From the NCBI RefSeq assembly GCF_009914755.1, contig NC_060932.1: a stretch of DNA of 64,000 nucleotides, one strand, 5' to 3'. The translations under genes and the position numbers were made by a program. Of this stretch, positions 15,990 to 31,762 are shown piece by piece. Source of the stretch: the human T2T-CHM13v2.0 reference genome, Homo sapiens. Under the pieces are notes generated by a model. It was not told the DNA's origin. It was given only the letters and a program-made list of their open reading frames with translations, and searched no databases. Position 1 is the stretch's first letter, and each line of letters starts with the position of its first letter.

Positions 15990-17570
15990 ATTTAGATTTT
16001 CCTAGTTTTACTTGCACTCATTTGTGTGCATGTGTATTAAGTTCTATACAATTTCATCACCTTTGTAGGTTTGTGTGTTCACTACCATGGTCAAGAAAAT
16101 GAACAGTTCCAATACCACAAGGATCTGGCATGTTGCTCTCTTACAACCACACCCACTTCCCTACCATGTTCCTTTCTCCTCCCTCTTTTCCAGGGGCTAG
16201 GGATAACCCCTGGAAACTTTTGTCTTCCATTTCTAAAATTTTGTCATTTCAACAGTGTTAAATAAGTGAAATCATACAGTATGTAAGCTTTTGCTCATTA
16301 AAACTACACATCTATCAGAATGGCTAAAATAAAAAGCAGTGACAAAACAAAATGCTGGGAAGATGTAAAGAAGCTGGATCACACAGTCATCGTTGGATGG
16401 TAATGTAAAATGGTATGGCCACTCCTGAAAACAGCTTGGTAGTTTCTTTAAAAAAAATAATAAACATGCAACTACCATATGACCCAGCAATTTATCCTGA
16501 AGAAATGTTTACACAAAAACCAGTACACAACTGTTCAGAGCAGCATTATTTGTAATAGCCCAAAACTAGAATAATCCCAAATATTCTTCCATAAGTGAGG
16601 GAATTAACAAACTATAGTATTTTGCTGAGCATAATTCTCTGGAGACTCATTCAAGTTGTTGCATGTATCAGTAGTTTGTTTCTTTTCCTGCTGAGTAGTA
16701 TTCCATTGTATACATATACTATAGTTTGTTAATTCCCTCACTTATGGAAGAATATTTGGGATTATTCTAGTTTTGGGCTATTACAAATAATGCTGCTCTG
16801 AACAGTTGTGTACTGGTTTTTGTGTAAACATTTCTTCAGGATAAATTGCTGGGTCATATGGTAGTTGCATGTTTATTATTTTTTTTAAAGAAACTACCAA
16901 GCTGTTTTCAGGAGTGGCCATACCATTTTACATTACCATCCAACGATGACTGTGTGATCCAGCTTCTTTACATCTTCCCAGCATTTTGTTTTGTCACTGC
17001 TTTTTATTTTAGCCATTCTGATAGATGTGTAGTTTTAATGAGCAATCTGCCATCTCATTGTGGTTTTAAAGTTGTGTTTCCTTATTGGCTAATGATGTTG
17101 AACATCTTTTTATGTGCTTATTTGCCATTTTTATTTCTTCAGTGAACTGCATATGTCTTTTGCTCAGATTAATTGGGTTAATCTGAAAGTTTTAATGTTT
17201 TTCATTTTATACTCAAGTATGTCATCATTTTGAATTAATTTTTTACATAAGGAGTGAGGTTTAGATAGGGGTTTATTTATGTGTCTTTGAATTTTCAATT
17301 GCACTAGCACCATCCTTTCTTTATTGAACTGGTTTTTTACCTTTGTAAAAAATCAATTGAGCATATTTGTGTGGGTCTGTTTCTGAGTCCTCTAGTTTGT
17401 TTTCAGTTAGTAGACCTGTGGTATTTCCCACTGTCAGTACCATGCTGACTTAATTACTGTAACTCTATGGTAAACCTTTATATTGGAGGGAGAAGTTATT
17501 CATTTTGGTTTTGAGGGAACATTTGCTTAGGTTAGAAATAACCTCATTATAACTTTCATTTACATATATC
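15990..17570 (-). mobile_element. Ancient L1M (L1MC/MD-like) 3' region containing an inverted duplication
   Basis: Antisense L1 3' motifs (gaaatcatacagtatg, ctgagtagtattccatt, gctaatgatgttgaacatctttt). Confidence 0.75.
16291..17045. repeat. Perfect inverted repeat: 330-bp arms (16291-16620 and 16716-17045), 95-bp spacer
   Basis: The arms read as exact reverse complements. ORFs 16272..16490(-) and 16846..17145(+) share the same peptide. Confidence 0.95.
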
Positions 17571-17594
17571 TCTAATGGAATATTGGGTTGGCTG

Positions 17595-17891
17595 TTTCGT
17601 TTTGTTTTTGTTTGGAGATGGGGTCTCACTTTGTCACCTAGGCTGAAATACAGTGGTGTGATCATGGTTCACTGTAGCCTTGATATCCTAAAATCAAGTG
17701 AGTCTCCTGCCTGAGCCTCCTGAGTTGCCAGGACCATAGGTGTGCACCTCCAAGCCCAGCTAATCTTTGTTTTTTTTGTAGAGATGAAGTCTTACTATGT
17801 TGCCCAGGCTTATCTTGAACTCCTGGGCTCAAACAATCCTGCCTTGGCCTCCCAAAGTCCTGGGATTATAGGCATGAACCACTGTGCTGGC
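17595..17891 (-). mobile_element. AluJ
   Basis: Diverged Alu reverse complement. Confidence 0.85.
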
Positions 17892-18133
17892 ACTTGACTC
17901 TTTTAATATAGATCTATTGGTGTTATTTATTTTTCTCATGGAAAAGTCCAAGTTGGTCAGTATTCCAGGGAAACTGTTTTATGAGGTTGTCTTAGACCCA
18001 GATTCCTTCTATTTTATTGTTCTGCCAACCCCAGAGATATGCCATATATACATGGTCAGAATTGGGTCACCATTATAGTGTGTAATTTTAATCAGGAGGA
18101 AGGGGGAACGAGACTATAAAGGAAGGTATGTAG

Positions 18134-18439
<306 letters not shown>

Positions 18440-18864
18440 TAGGAGTTTTTAAAATTTTTGTTTTTAATATGCTGTGGATACAAGTCCCTCATGGAGCTGG
18501 ATCTTCCCCCTCCCCATCTATCTGTAGCAAATATTTTCTCTCAGTCTGTGTCTTGCCTTTACATTATCTCAATGGTATTTTACTGACCAAAAGCTGTTAC
18601 TCTTTTAAAGAAAGAAATTGGGGATTTCTTAAAGATATATTAAAATGAAAAACTGGTAAATTTTTATATAACAAAGATACATTTACATTCGAGAATAGTG
18701 CAACTTATATTTGTTAAAGGTAACTTATTATTTTATACCTGCTTCATTGTTGAAAAGAAAAACAGGATTTGACCTTATAGTTTGGAGAACTAATTCATTT
18801 TTCAGTTGTTTAAGAATATTATTTAAAAATATTCTTTATTAATTTTTTATCATTTTAATTTTAG

Positions 18865-19034
18865 ATATTAAGGATGAAAATGAAACAATACTGAATCCTG
18901 AAGAGGTGGCTCTTCTGGAGGAATATATTCCTACTCGACATACAAGTGTTACTCTCCTCAAATGTACCTGCACAATTTCCATGGCTGAATTCAACTTGCT
19001 GGACCATTTACTACCTGTCATTATGGGAGAAAAG
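18865..19034 (+). CDS. VPS13B: VPS13B coding exon (probably exon 14), 170 nt, phase 1-0
   Basis: aattttag|AT ... AAG|gtatat. Encodes (D)IKDENETILNPEEVALLEEYIP...PVIMGEK, overlapping ORF 18906..19145. Confidence 0.95.
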
Positions 19035-19117
19035 GTATATTTTGTGATTTGCTATATTTTTTTTCCCTCATATATGGATTTTTTTTTTTTTTTGTCATTT
19101 ACTGAAAGAATATCTGC

Positions 19118-19410
19118 AGCCGGGCACAGTGGCTTGAGTGTGTAATCCTGGCAATTCAGGAGGCTGGGGCAGGATGCACACTTGAGGCCAAGAGTTTGAG
19201 ACCAGCCTAGGCAACAGCAATACCTTGTCTCTAAAAAAAATTTGGCACGGTGGCACATGCCTGTATTCCCAGCTCTTCAGGAGGCTGAGGTGGGAGGATT
19301 GCTTGAGCCCAGAAGTTTGAGGCTGCAGTGAACTATGATCACGCCACTACACTTCAGCCTGGGTGTCACAGTGTGACCCTGTCTCAAAAAAAAAAAAAAG
19401 AAAAAGATAA
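19118..19410 (+). mobile_element. AluJ, about 84 nt downstream of exon 14
   Basis: Alu with poly(A); flanks aatatctgc / agtatctgc. Confidence 0.85.
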
Positions 19411-20334
19411 AAGTATCTGCTTATATAGTTATCCATGATGAAGTAAAAGCAATGTAACTATGAACTAAAAATTAACTGTTAATTTTTAAAATGTAATTTT
19501 AAATTTATATTTTTAATAAAATAAACTTAATCTTGAGAGTGTATAAAGAAATGTTGAAGAATATGGGCCTAGAAGTCAGACCATATGCCAGCTATAATGC
19601 CATAGACAATTACTTTATATCTCTAAGCCCTGATTTTCTCTTCTCAAAAAGAAAACAATTGTATTTTTTCAAGCAGCCTGACTATTTTAGTTTTAGCCAG
19701 TAAAACTGTCAGCCTGCCTAGATTCAGACAGTTTATTACTTACATAGACAGCAGAAGCAAAGTCAGTAATGGTGCCAGCTCCCCTGTCCCTTGTTCTATA
19801 GGACAACCTGTAAACAAAGGGCCAAATGACTTCTATTGGTACATGGTGGGGCACCCTGTTGGCAACAATTCAGTTTCACACTGCAGCTAAGCAGTGGTGT
19901 AGCTTAGCGCATATGTGGAAAGCCCATAACTCAGCTGAATGAGGAATGCTGATGAGAAAATGTTTCATGGCCGCCTCTCTCAAGATGGGAAGGTGAATGA
20001 GAAATGCTCTTTTAGCAGCTCCTCACAAGACCACATATGATCCTTTGTTTTTAGAGGATCACAGGATATTCTACCAAGGTCTGCTGTGGTTGAGTATTGC
20101 CTTCATGGCATGGATTTGTGTAACATTATCAGGATGCTGGTACAGACTAGACCCACCATAGTACTTAGCTCCTAGGATTATTTTAAATTTTCATTGAAAT
20201 AATGCATGTAAACTATTTTGCATGTATTAGGAACTGAGTGATGTCTGCTGTAATTGTTGAGAATGCTTAATATTTGTTTATGGTCCATATACAATGTATT
20301 GCTTTCTGAGTTTGACTTATACATACAAGGCCTT

Positions 20335-20672
<338 letters not shown>

Positions 20673-20690
20673 TGATGTTCATATAATGAT

Positions 20691-21026
20691 CAGGGGTCCC
20701 CAACTCCTGGGATGCGGACCAGTACTGGTCAGTTGCCTTTTAGGAACTGGGTTGCAGAGAAAGAGGTGAATGGCAGGTGAGTGAGCGTTACCACCTGAGC
20801 TCCGCCTCCTGTGAGATCAGCGATGGCATTAGATTCTCATAGGAGCACAAACTCTATTGTGAACTGTGCATGCAAGGGATCTAGGTTGGCACTCCTTATG
20901 AGAATCTAATACCTAATGACCTGAAGTGGAACAATTTCATTCTGAAACCATACCCCTTCTCCTGTCTGTGGAAAGATTGTCTTCAATGAAATTAATCTCT
21001 GATGCCAGAAAGGTTGGTGTCCGCTG
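20691..21026 (+). mobile_element. MER1B (hAT-Charlie non-autonomous element)
   Basis: Termini caggggtccccaac ... ggttggtgtccgctg; internal agattctcataggag / ctccttatgagaatct palindrome; 8-bp TSD-like ataatgat / acagtgat. Confidence 0.85.
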
Positions 21027-22550
21027 ACAGTGATAATCATAGAAATAAAAAGTGTCCTAACTTTAAAGAAGTTATGTAAGGGAATTAACTATATGCATTA
21101 ACTTTATTTTTGCTCCCTACTGGCCACTCATCATTAAGTATGGTAGTGTATTACGATTAAGAGATCATGTAGAGAAAATTTCACTGGAGACAATTAAAAT
21201 ATGTCTGCATTTTGTCATCTCTGTTTTTGCTATCATCTAATTTTTAAAATAGATACTATTTTTTAGAGCAGTTTTAGATTCACAAAGCAGAGTGAAAGGT
21301 ACAGAGATTTTTCATAAACTGACTCCCCCCACATACATAGCTTCCCTCTTTGTCAACATCCCTCAACAGAGTAGTATGTTTGTTACAATTGATGAACCTG
21401 TATTGACACATCAGTATCACCCAAAGTCCACAGTTTACATTAGGGTTCACTCTTGGTGTTTTATGTTCTATGAGTGTTGAAAAATATATAATTATCTGCT
21501 ATAACAATATCACATAGAGTAGTTTCAATTCCCAAAAAATCCTTTGTGCTCTGCCTATTCATCCCTTCCTCTCCCTAACCACTGGCAACCACTGATCTTT
21601 TTACTGTCCTCACAGTTTTGCCTTTTCTAGACTGTCATATAGTTGGAATCATATAGTATGTAGCCTTTTCACATTGGCTTCTTTTACTTAGTGATATGGA
21701 TTTAAGTTTCCTCTTTGGCTTTTCATGGCTTGATAGCTGATTTCTTCTTTGCACTTACTAATATTCCATTACAGATGTACCACAATTTACTTATCCATTC
21801 ACCTACTGAAGGACATCTTGGTTGCTTTCAAGTTTTGAGAGTTGTGAGTAAAACAGGCATATACATCCACGTGCACGTTTTGGTGTGGGCATGTTTTCAA
21901 CTCCTTTGGGTAAATACCAAGGAGTGTGATTGATGGATTGTATGCTAAAAGTATGTTTAGTTTTGTAAGAAGCTGCCAAATTGTCTTCCAAAGTGGCTGT
22001 ATGATTTTGCATCCCTGCCAGCAGTGAATAAGAGTTCCTGTTTCTCCACATCCCTACCAACATTTGATGTTGTCAGTGCTTCGGTTCTTTGCCATTCTAA
22101 GACATGTGTAATGGTGTCTTATTGTTTTGATTTTTATTTCCTTGATGACATATGGAAACATCATTTCATATGCTTATTTGCCATCTGTATATCTTCTTTG
22201 GTGAGGTATCTCTTCAGATCTATTGCCCATTTTTTAAGAGTTGTTTGTTTTCTTAATATTGAATTTTAAGGATTCCTTGTATATTTTGGGTAACAGTCCT
22301 TTATCAGATAGGTCTTTTGCAAATATTTTCCCCCAATCTGTGGCTTGTCTTTTAATTTTCCTGTATTTTGCAGAGCAGAAATTTTGAATTTTTAGTGAAG
22401 TCCTGCTTATCAATTCTTTGTTTTATAGATTGTGCCTTTTGTGTTATATCTGAAGGTCATCATTATACCCAAGGTCATCAGCTTGTATCCTTTACGAATT
22501 GGTCCATTTCATCTAGGTTATCAAATTTGTAGGTATAGAGTTGTTTATAG

Positions 22551-22868
<318 letters not shown>

Positions 22869-23914
22869 TAAAAATTATCATTTTAGTGTCCTTGGGATTT
22901 GTAACAATGTTCCTCTTTCATTTCTGACATTAGGAATTTGTATTCTCTTACACTTTTTCTTAGCCTGGCTAGAGAGGCTTACTGATTTTTATTGAGCTAG
23001 CTTTTGGTTTTGTTTATTTTCTCTATTGATTTTCTGTTTTCAATTTCATTGATTTCTGTTTTGATTTTAATTCTTTTCTTCTTATTTTGGATTTATTTAA
23101 TTTCCTGAAGTGTAAGCTTAGGTGATTGATTTTAGATTTTCCTTTTTTGTAATATATGAACTCAATACTATAAACTTACCTCTAAGCATTGCTTTCACTG
23201 CATGCTACAAATTTCGATAAGTTGGATTTTTGTTTTCATTTAATTCAAAGTATTTTGTATTTCTCTTGAGATTTATTTCTTTGACTTGTGTTCTTTAGAA
23301 GTATTTTATTTAATGTCCAAGTATTTTGACATTTTTTAGTTATGTTACTGATTTTTAGTTTAATTCCATTATGGTCTCATAGCAGACATTGTATGATTTC
23401 TTTTAAATTTGTTTAGGTGTGTTTTGTGGCTTAGAATGTGTCTGTGTTGGTGAATGTTCTATGTAAGCTTTAGAAGAATGTGTACTCTGTTGTTGCTGTA
23501 TGAAGCAGTCCATTGATGTCTATTATATCTGGTTGATTATAAGTTCAATTATGTCCTTATTGATTTTCTGTCTGCTGGAACTGATTATATCTGATAGAGG
23601 GATATTGAAGTCTCCAACCAAAACAGTGGGTTTGTTGGATTTTTTCCTTGAAATTTTATCACATTTTGCTTTATTTTTTTGGCACTGTGTCTTTAGGCAC
23701 ATCCATGTTAGGGACTGTTATGTCTTTTTACGGAATTGACACCTTTATCATTATGTAATCCCTTCTTTATATCTGATAGCTTTCCCTGGTCTGATTTTTC
23801 TTCTGTCTGAAATTAATATAGCCACTCCTACTTTCTTTTGATTAGTTTTAGTAAGGTATGTATTTCTCTATTTTCTTTTAATCTACAAGTGTCTACATAT
23901 TTAAAGTGAGTTTT

Positions 23915-24205
23915 GGCTGGGTGTGGTGGCTCATGCTTGTAATCCCAGTGCTTTGGGAGGTAGAAGTGGACTGATCACTTGAGCCCAGGAGTTTGAGACC
24001 AGCTTGGGTAAAACCCTGTCTCTACAAAAAAATACAAAAGTTAGCCAGGCATGCTGGTGTGTGCCTGTAGTTCCAGCTACTTGGGAGGCTGAGGTGAGCG
24101 GATCACCTGAGCCCTGGAGGTTGAGGCTGCAGTGAGCAATGATCACACCACTTGCACTCCAGCCTGGGTGACAGAGTGAGACCTTGTCTCAAATAAATAC
24201 ATAAG
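23915..24205 (+). mobile_element. AluJ
   Basis: Full Alu with decayed tail. Confidence 0.85.
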
Positions 24206-25499
24206 AAAAATTTTTTTAAAAAGTAGGTTTTTTTGTAGACAATATATAGTTGGGTCTTGTATCTTCAGCTGCCTTGACAATCTGTCTTTTAATTGATGCA
24301 TTTAGACCATTGATATGAAGTTATTATTGATATAATTGGACTAACATCAACCATACTTCTTGCTATTTTCTATTTTTTGCCCTTGTTATTTGTTCCTGAT
24401 TTTTTTTCCCGCTCTTTTTTGGCCTTTTGTGGTTTTAGTTGAGCATTTTATATTATTCGATTTTCTCTCCTCTATTAACCTACCTGTTATACTTCTTTTT
24501 AGTGTTTGTCCTAGAATTTGCATTATATTTTTACAACTAATTCAAGTCCACTTTCAAATAACACCATACCACTTTACAGGTAGTCAGAGTTTCTTATAAT
24601 AAAAGAAATACTAATTCTGCCATCCTGCTTCTTGTATCATTGCTGTAATTCATTTTATTTTTATATAAGCATTCATAAGCCTGCCACACACAATCATACG
24701 TAATTACTTATTACTATTATTATTTTGACAAAATTTGTGTATTAGATCAATTAAGAATAACAAAAATTAAAAGTCTTTTTTTACCTTATGCCTTTTCTGA
24801 TGCTGTTTTTTTTTATGTAGATGTGAAATTCTGACCTTTATCATTTTTCTTCTCTCTGAAGAATTTAACACATCTAGTAAGGCAGATATACTGGAAACAA
24901 ATTCTCTGAATTTTTTTTTTTGTCTGAGAAAGTCTTTTTTTCTCCTTTTGAAGGATAATTTCGTGGGGTATGGAATTCTAGGTTTGTGGGTTTTTTCCTC
25001 TTAAAATACTTTGTTTTACTCTCTTCTTGCTTACATTGTTTTTGAGTGGAGGTCAGGTATAATTCATATCATTGCTCCTCTATAAGTAACATGTATTTTT
25101 TTCTGTGGATTTTTTTGGGCGACTTTATCTTTGATTTCTATGATTTGAAAATGATGTGTCTGTATGTAGGTTTTTTTTGTTTTTTTTTTTGGCATTTATC
25201 CTGCTTGGTGTTCTCTGAGTTTCCTGGGTTTCTAATTTGGTGTCTGACATTAATTTGAGGAAACTCACAGTCATTATTGTTTCAGATGTTTCTTCTGTTT
25301 CTTTCTGTCTTTTCTTCTCTTGTGGAATTCGTATTACATGTATGTTACATCTTTTATAGTTGTTCCACAGTTCTGAAATATTCCGGGTTTTTTTTTGGTT
25401 TGCTTTTCAGTTTTGGCAGTTTCTACTGAGATAACTTCAAGCTTAGAGATTCTTTTGTTAGCCATGTCTGGTCTTCCAGTATGCCTGTCAAAGGGAAAA

Positions 25500-26560
25500 A
25501 TGCTAACAAGGAGGTCTTACTCAGAAGGCAGCCCAAAAATTTGTATAAAATTTCCTTTAGATTGTTGGCTAATTCCTAAGCTGCCCATGTGTAATGCAAG
25601 ACTTCAGGAAACCCAGCAGAAAGCAAAGTATAAATTTGACTATTTGCATGGTGCTGTGTATCTACAATTAGAGTTCAGGCCCTGCCACATTAGCACCTGG
25701 GGCCTTCCTTTGAGACCTTATAAGGGCCACACCCTAGGAATAAGTACAGATTGAAATAGATTAGTCTGAGCAATCCTAATTCCAGTCCTGGATAGGACCA
25801 TGATGATGTACTTGTATTCTGTCTGCTTGCCAAAGAATGGTTAACTTACTTTAGGGGAAGATAGCATTATCAAAGCCTCTATAATTTTTTACCCATGATG
25901 TCATCTGCTTGATACAAAATTATGAGGTATACTAAAAATAGAAGCAATTGAATTAAATATAATAAAAAATCAATAATATAAATAGACTTAGAGATGATTA
26001 AGGTATTAGAGTTGTTAGACATGGAGTTTATGATTAATTGCTTAAGGAAAAAGACAAAAAGGTGGAAGATTTCCAAAGAGACCTCAATCCATTAAAAAAA
26101 AGCACCAAATTAAATTGTGAAACTGGAAAATGTAAGGATACAGGTTTGAAGGAAAAGGATGGAAAAAATATACCATTTGAACACTAACCAAAAGAAAGAT
26201 AGCATGGCTATTTTACTAAGAGATAAAGTAGATTTTAAGCTAAGAAATATTACTGAAATAAAGAAAGCCACTTCATAATGATAAAAGTGTGAACTGAAAG
26301 AAAGAACAACACAGATAATTCTCACAGGTGTAATATTGAGTAAAAAATTATATACTATATGATTTCATTTATATGAAGTTCCAGAAGAGAGAAAACTAAT
26401 CTATGGCAATTGAAGTGATTGGCTACGTCTGTTGAGGATTTAGTATTGCCTTGAAAGGGACATGGGACAGTCTCGTAGGGTGCTTCAGATGGGTGGTGGT
26501 TACAGATGTAAAAATTCATTCAGCTCTACCCTTCAGATTTGTGTGCTTTATTCTGTGTTA
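25500..26560 (+). mobile_element. Old sense-strand L1M/L1ME fragments
   Basis: A-rich ORF1/ORF2 remnants (ggatggaaaaaatatacc...accaaaagaaag) and an L1ME-like 3' end. Confidence 0.55.
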
Positions 26561-26682
26561 TTTTTTAGTAATCCCAAAGAAAGTCACTTAAAAAAGCAAC
26601 ATAATTCCTAAATAAATGGTGGTTTTAAAATTATTAGTAATGAGTAAAAAATCAGCATTGTATTTTCGACTTAGTTTTAAGC

Positions 26683-26885
26683 ACAGTGATTCTCAGTAAT
26701 GGCACTTTTGGTTTTTTGGATTGGAGAATTATTATGTAGCATTTACCATCTTTGGCCAATACCCGCTAAAGGCCAATATTATTGTGACAATGAAAGACAG
26801 ACAAAGCAATGAAACTGCTCTTCTTGCATTTTGTCATATTCTTCTGGATGGGAAGTCATGGCATTCCTCATTGAGAACCACAGGT
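26683..26885. mobile_element. MER20-like hAT element
   Basis: Termini cagtgattctca ... ttgagaaccacag. Confidence 0.5.
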
Positions 26886-27568
26886 AGAGCATTTTAAGGG
26901 AGTGAGTGAGTGAGTTCTAGGACAGGGATCATTTGCCACTCAGGGTACATATGCTGGACATCTTGAAACTTACCTGTATTTATTTGAAAGCTCAGAAAGA
27001 TTCTGTAAAACTGAGAATACTGTGCCGTCCTCAAGATTCTTAGGACTTTATGAGCCCTTAACATGTGTATTGTTAGTAGATACGATACAGATAAGGAATT
27101 TTTCTTACCTGCAAACATTGCTTATTGTGAATGTTTTTGACATTGTGTGGTGTAGTCCATTTAGTTCTTTAGTCAGCTAAATGTGAATAAAAGAGATTAA
27201 AATAAAAGATGCTGACTCTTGGATATCTAGGAAACATTTTGGAATAATTAAGCTTAATAAAATATCTTCATCATACTGAGGCATGTCGTGATACTATTCC
27301 AGTTGATTGAAAAAGAAAAAAAGCTTGAGCTGAAAGGGCAATGATAATTTTGCAAAAAATATGCATTCTTTGAAGTCTGGGACATATTTAAAATACATGG
27401 AAAGACATTTGTTATTTGGTTATGGCAAGAGAGTTCTGTAGAAAGGCATCATTTCTAGATTGATTTGATATGACTGCAAATGTGCAGATCTGAAGCTTGC
27501 ATAGAGGGAACTGCAACTCAGTCACTGCTCCACTTTTAAAATATAAAGCGAACACTATTATTTTCTAG

Positions 27569-27763
27569 AACTCAAGTAACTTCATGAATACTACAAACTT
27601 CCAGTCTCTTCGGCCTTTGCCATCCATTCGAATATTGGTGGATAAAATTAATCTGGAACATTCAGTGCCAATGTATGCTGAACAGTTGGTGCATGTGGTC
27701 AGCAGCCTTACTCAACCTTCTGATAACCTGCTTCATTATTGTTATGTACACTGCTATCTTAAG
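27569..27763 (+). CDS. VPS13B: VPS13B coding exon (probably exon 15), 195 nt, phase 0-0
   Basis: attttctag|AAC ... AAG|gtatga. Encodes NSSNFMNTTNFQSLRPLP...VHCYLK, overlapping ORF 27584..27769. Confidence 0.95.
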
Positions 27764-29272
27764 GTATGAAAAGTGAATTTTCTTGTTTGTTAGCATGGGT
27801 TTGGCTTTGGGATCATCAGATAAGTTTCTTTTTTCTTGATGTTGTAATTTCAGAGAAATAGTACTCTAAAAGGTAAGATTTAAATAAGAAATAAGATGTA
27901 TTTATTCCAATAAATTAAAGTAAGTAATAAAAATATACTTATTTTAAAGATTTTTCAATTATGTGAGATTAGTAGCTTGATATTTATAAATGAATGGTTA
28001 ATCATAACTTTTGAATAATTTTATTTATCATTGATGGTAATTTTTATAAGCAATGTGAAAGAGCACTTAGTTTAATATGGATGCTTTGAAGACTCATGTT
28101 TTTTTGAAGGGAGCATTTGTGTGAGGCATAATGAGGCATAAAGAGGGCCTAAAACTTTTTTATGTCACCTTTATTTAATTCATGTCAATTTATTGATGCA
28201 AGGGAAATTTATTTTAAATACAGGCATATGCCATTTTATCATGCATTACTTTATTGTACTTCATAGTAATTGTGTGTGTGTATGTGTGTGTGTGTTTTTT
28301 TTTTTTAACAAATTGAAGGTTTGTGGCAATCTTGCATTAAGCAAGGCTTTGGTGCCATTTTTTCAATAGTATTTGCTCACTTCGTGTCTCTGTGTCATAT
28401 TTTGGTAATTATCCAAATATTTCACAAGTTTTCATTATTATTTTAGCATTGTGATCTGTCATCACTGTTCTTTGATGTTGCTATTGTAACTGTTTTTCGG
28501 GCACCAAGAAGTGCACCTATTTAAGATGGTGAACTTGGTAAATGTTGTGTGTGTTCTGGGTCCTCCACTGACCAGTTCCCCCTTCTCTCTCCCTTATCCT
28601 AATCCTTGAGACACAACAATATTGAAGTTAGGCCAATTAATAGCCCTACAATGGCCTGTAAATCTTCAAGTGAAAGGAAGAGTCCCATAACTCTACTTTA
28701 AATCAAAAGCTAGAAGTAATTAACCTTAATGAAGAAGGCATGTCAAAAGCCAAGATGAGGCCAGAAAGCTAGGCCTCTTTTGCAAAACAGCCAAGTTGTG
28801 AATTCAAAGGAAAAGTCTCCAGGAAATTAAAAGTGCTACTCCAGTGAACACAGGAATGACAAGAAAGTGAAACAGCCATATTGTTGATATAAAGTTTGAG
28901 TGGTCCAGATAGCAGATCAAACCAGCTACAATATTCCCTTAAATGAAAAGCAAGGCCCTAACTCTCTTCAATTCTGTAAATGCTGAGAGACTTGAGAAAG
29001 CTGCAGAAGAAAAATTAGAAGCTGGCAGAGGTTGGTTCATGAAGTGTAAGAGAAGCCATCTCCATAACATAAAAGTGCAAGGTGAAACAGCAAGTGCTGA
29101 CATAGAAACTAGAGCAGGTTATCCATATCTAGCTCAGTTAATTGATGAAGGTGGCTACACTAAACAGATTTTCAATGTAGACGAAATAGCCTTCTCTTGG
29201 AAGAAGATACCATCTAGGACTTACATAGCTAGGGAGGAGAAGTCAATGCCTTGCTTCAAAACTTCAAAAGGC

Positions 29273-29557
<285 letters not shown>

Positions 29558-30699
29558 TTAGGGGCTAATGTACCTGGTGACTTCTTAAGTTGAAGATAAT
29601 GCTCATCTACCATTCTGAAAATCCAAAGTGCTTTAAGAATTAGGCTAAATCTTCACTGCTCATGCTCTATAAATGGAACAACAAAGCCTCAATGACAGTA
29701 CATCTGTTTATGGCATGGTTTACTAAACATTTTAAGCCTGTGGAGACCTACTGCCCAGAAAAGACTCCTCTCAAAATATTAGCGCTCACGGACAATGCTC
29801 CTGGTCACCCTACACCTGTGATGAAGATGTACAGGGAGATGCACATTGTTTTCATGCCTGTTAACATGACATTCATTCTGCAGCCTGTGGATCAAGAGTA
29901 ATTTTGACTCTGGGGTCTTATTATTTAAGAAATATATTTTGTAAGGCTTATAGCTACCATAGATAGCCATTCTTCTGATAGACCTGGGCAAAGCAAATTG
30001 AAAACCTTTTGGAAAAGATTCATCAATCTAGATGCTATTAAGAATATTTATGATTCACAGAAGGAGGTCAATCTATTTACATTAACAAGAGTTTGGAAGA
30101 AGTTGATTTCAGTCCTCATGGATGACTTTGAGGGGTTCAAGGCTTCCATGGAGGAAGTAACTGCAGATGTGATGGAAATAGCAAGAGAACTAGAATTGGT
30201 GTCTGAAGATATGACTGAATTGCTACAATCTCATGATAAAACTTGAATGGAGGAGGAGTTGCTTCTTATGGATGAGCAAAGAAAGTGATTTCTGGAGATG
30301 GCAATTACTCCTGGGGAAGATGCTGGGAACATTGTTAAATGATTACAGAGAATTTAAAAAGTTCTATAAACTTGGTTGATAAAGCAATGGCATGGTTTGA
30401 GAGGATTGACTCCAATTTTGATAGAAGTTTTACTACTGTTAAAATGCCATCAAACCTCAAATCAATCATCAATGCCTGCTGTGGAGAAATCTTTCATGAA
30501 AGGAAGAGTTAATCAATATGGCAAACTTCATTGTTGTCTTATTTTTAGAAATTGCTGCAGCTAGCCCCACCACTTTTAGCAACCACCATCCTGATTAGTA
30601 AGGAGCCATGAACATCAAGGCAAAAAGGTTATTACTTGCTGAAGGTTGAGATGGTCATTAGCATTTTTTAGCAATAAAGTACTTTTTGTAAGGGGTGAG

Positions 30700-30977
<278 letters not shown>

Positions 30978-31396
30978 AATAAAGTGCTTTTTATTTAAGG
31001 TATATAAGTTTTTTTTTTTGACATAATGTTATTGCACACTTAATAGACTACAGTATAAGTGTATACATAACTTTTATTATATGTACTGGGAAACCAAAAA
31101 TTATTGTGATATTTGTTGTATTGTGGTGATGTGGAACTTGCAGTATCTCCTGGGTATGTCCATCTGGTTATGTAAAGTGAATTATTGGTGGCTTTCCCCA
31201 GCTCTTTCAATTTTTAAAAAATAAGTAATACATCCAATGCAGGTATATACAAACAATAACCTCAAATGTTGAACAATACATGTTTTAGCTAAGCAAGCAG
31301 AGATGTATAGTTTAAATAGAAATAGTGTGTACACAATCAACTTCTGTTTTATGAACAAAAGAAAACTATAAAAAGTTGAATTTAAGAATCAGTACT

Positions 31397-31762
<366 letters not shown>

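Noticed and set aside
19700-19990. Possible old LTR fragment
   Set aside because: I could not assign a family or boundaries confidently by eye.
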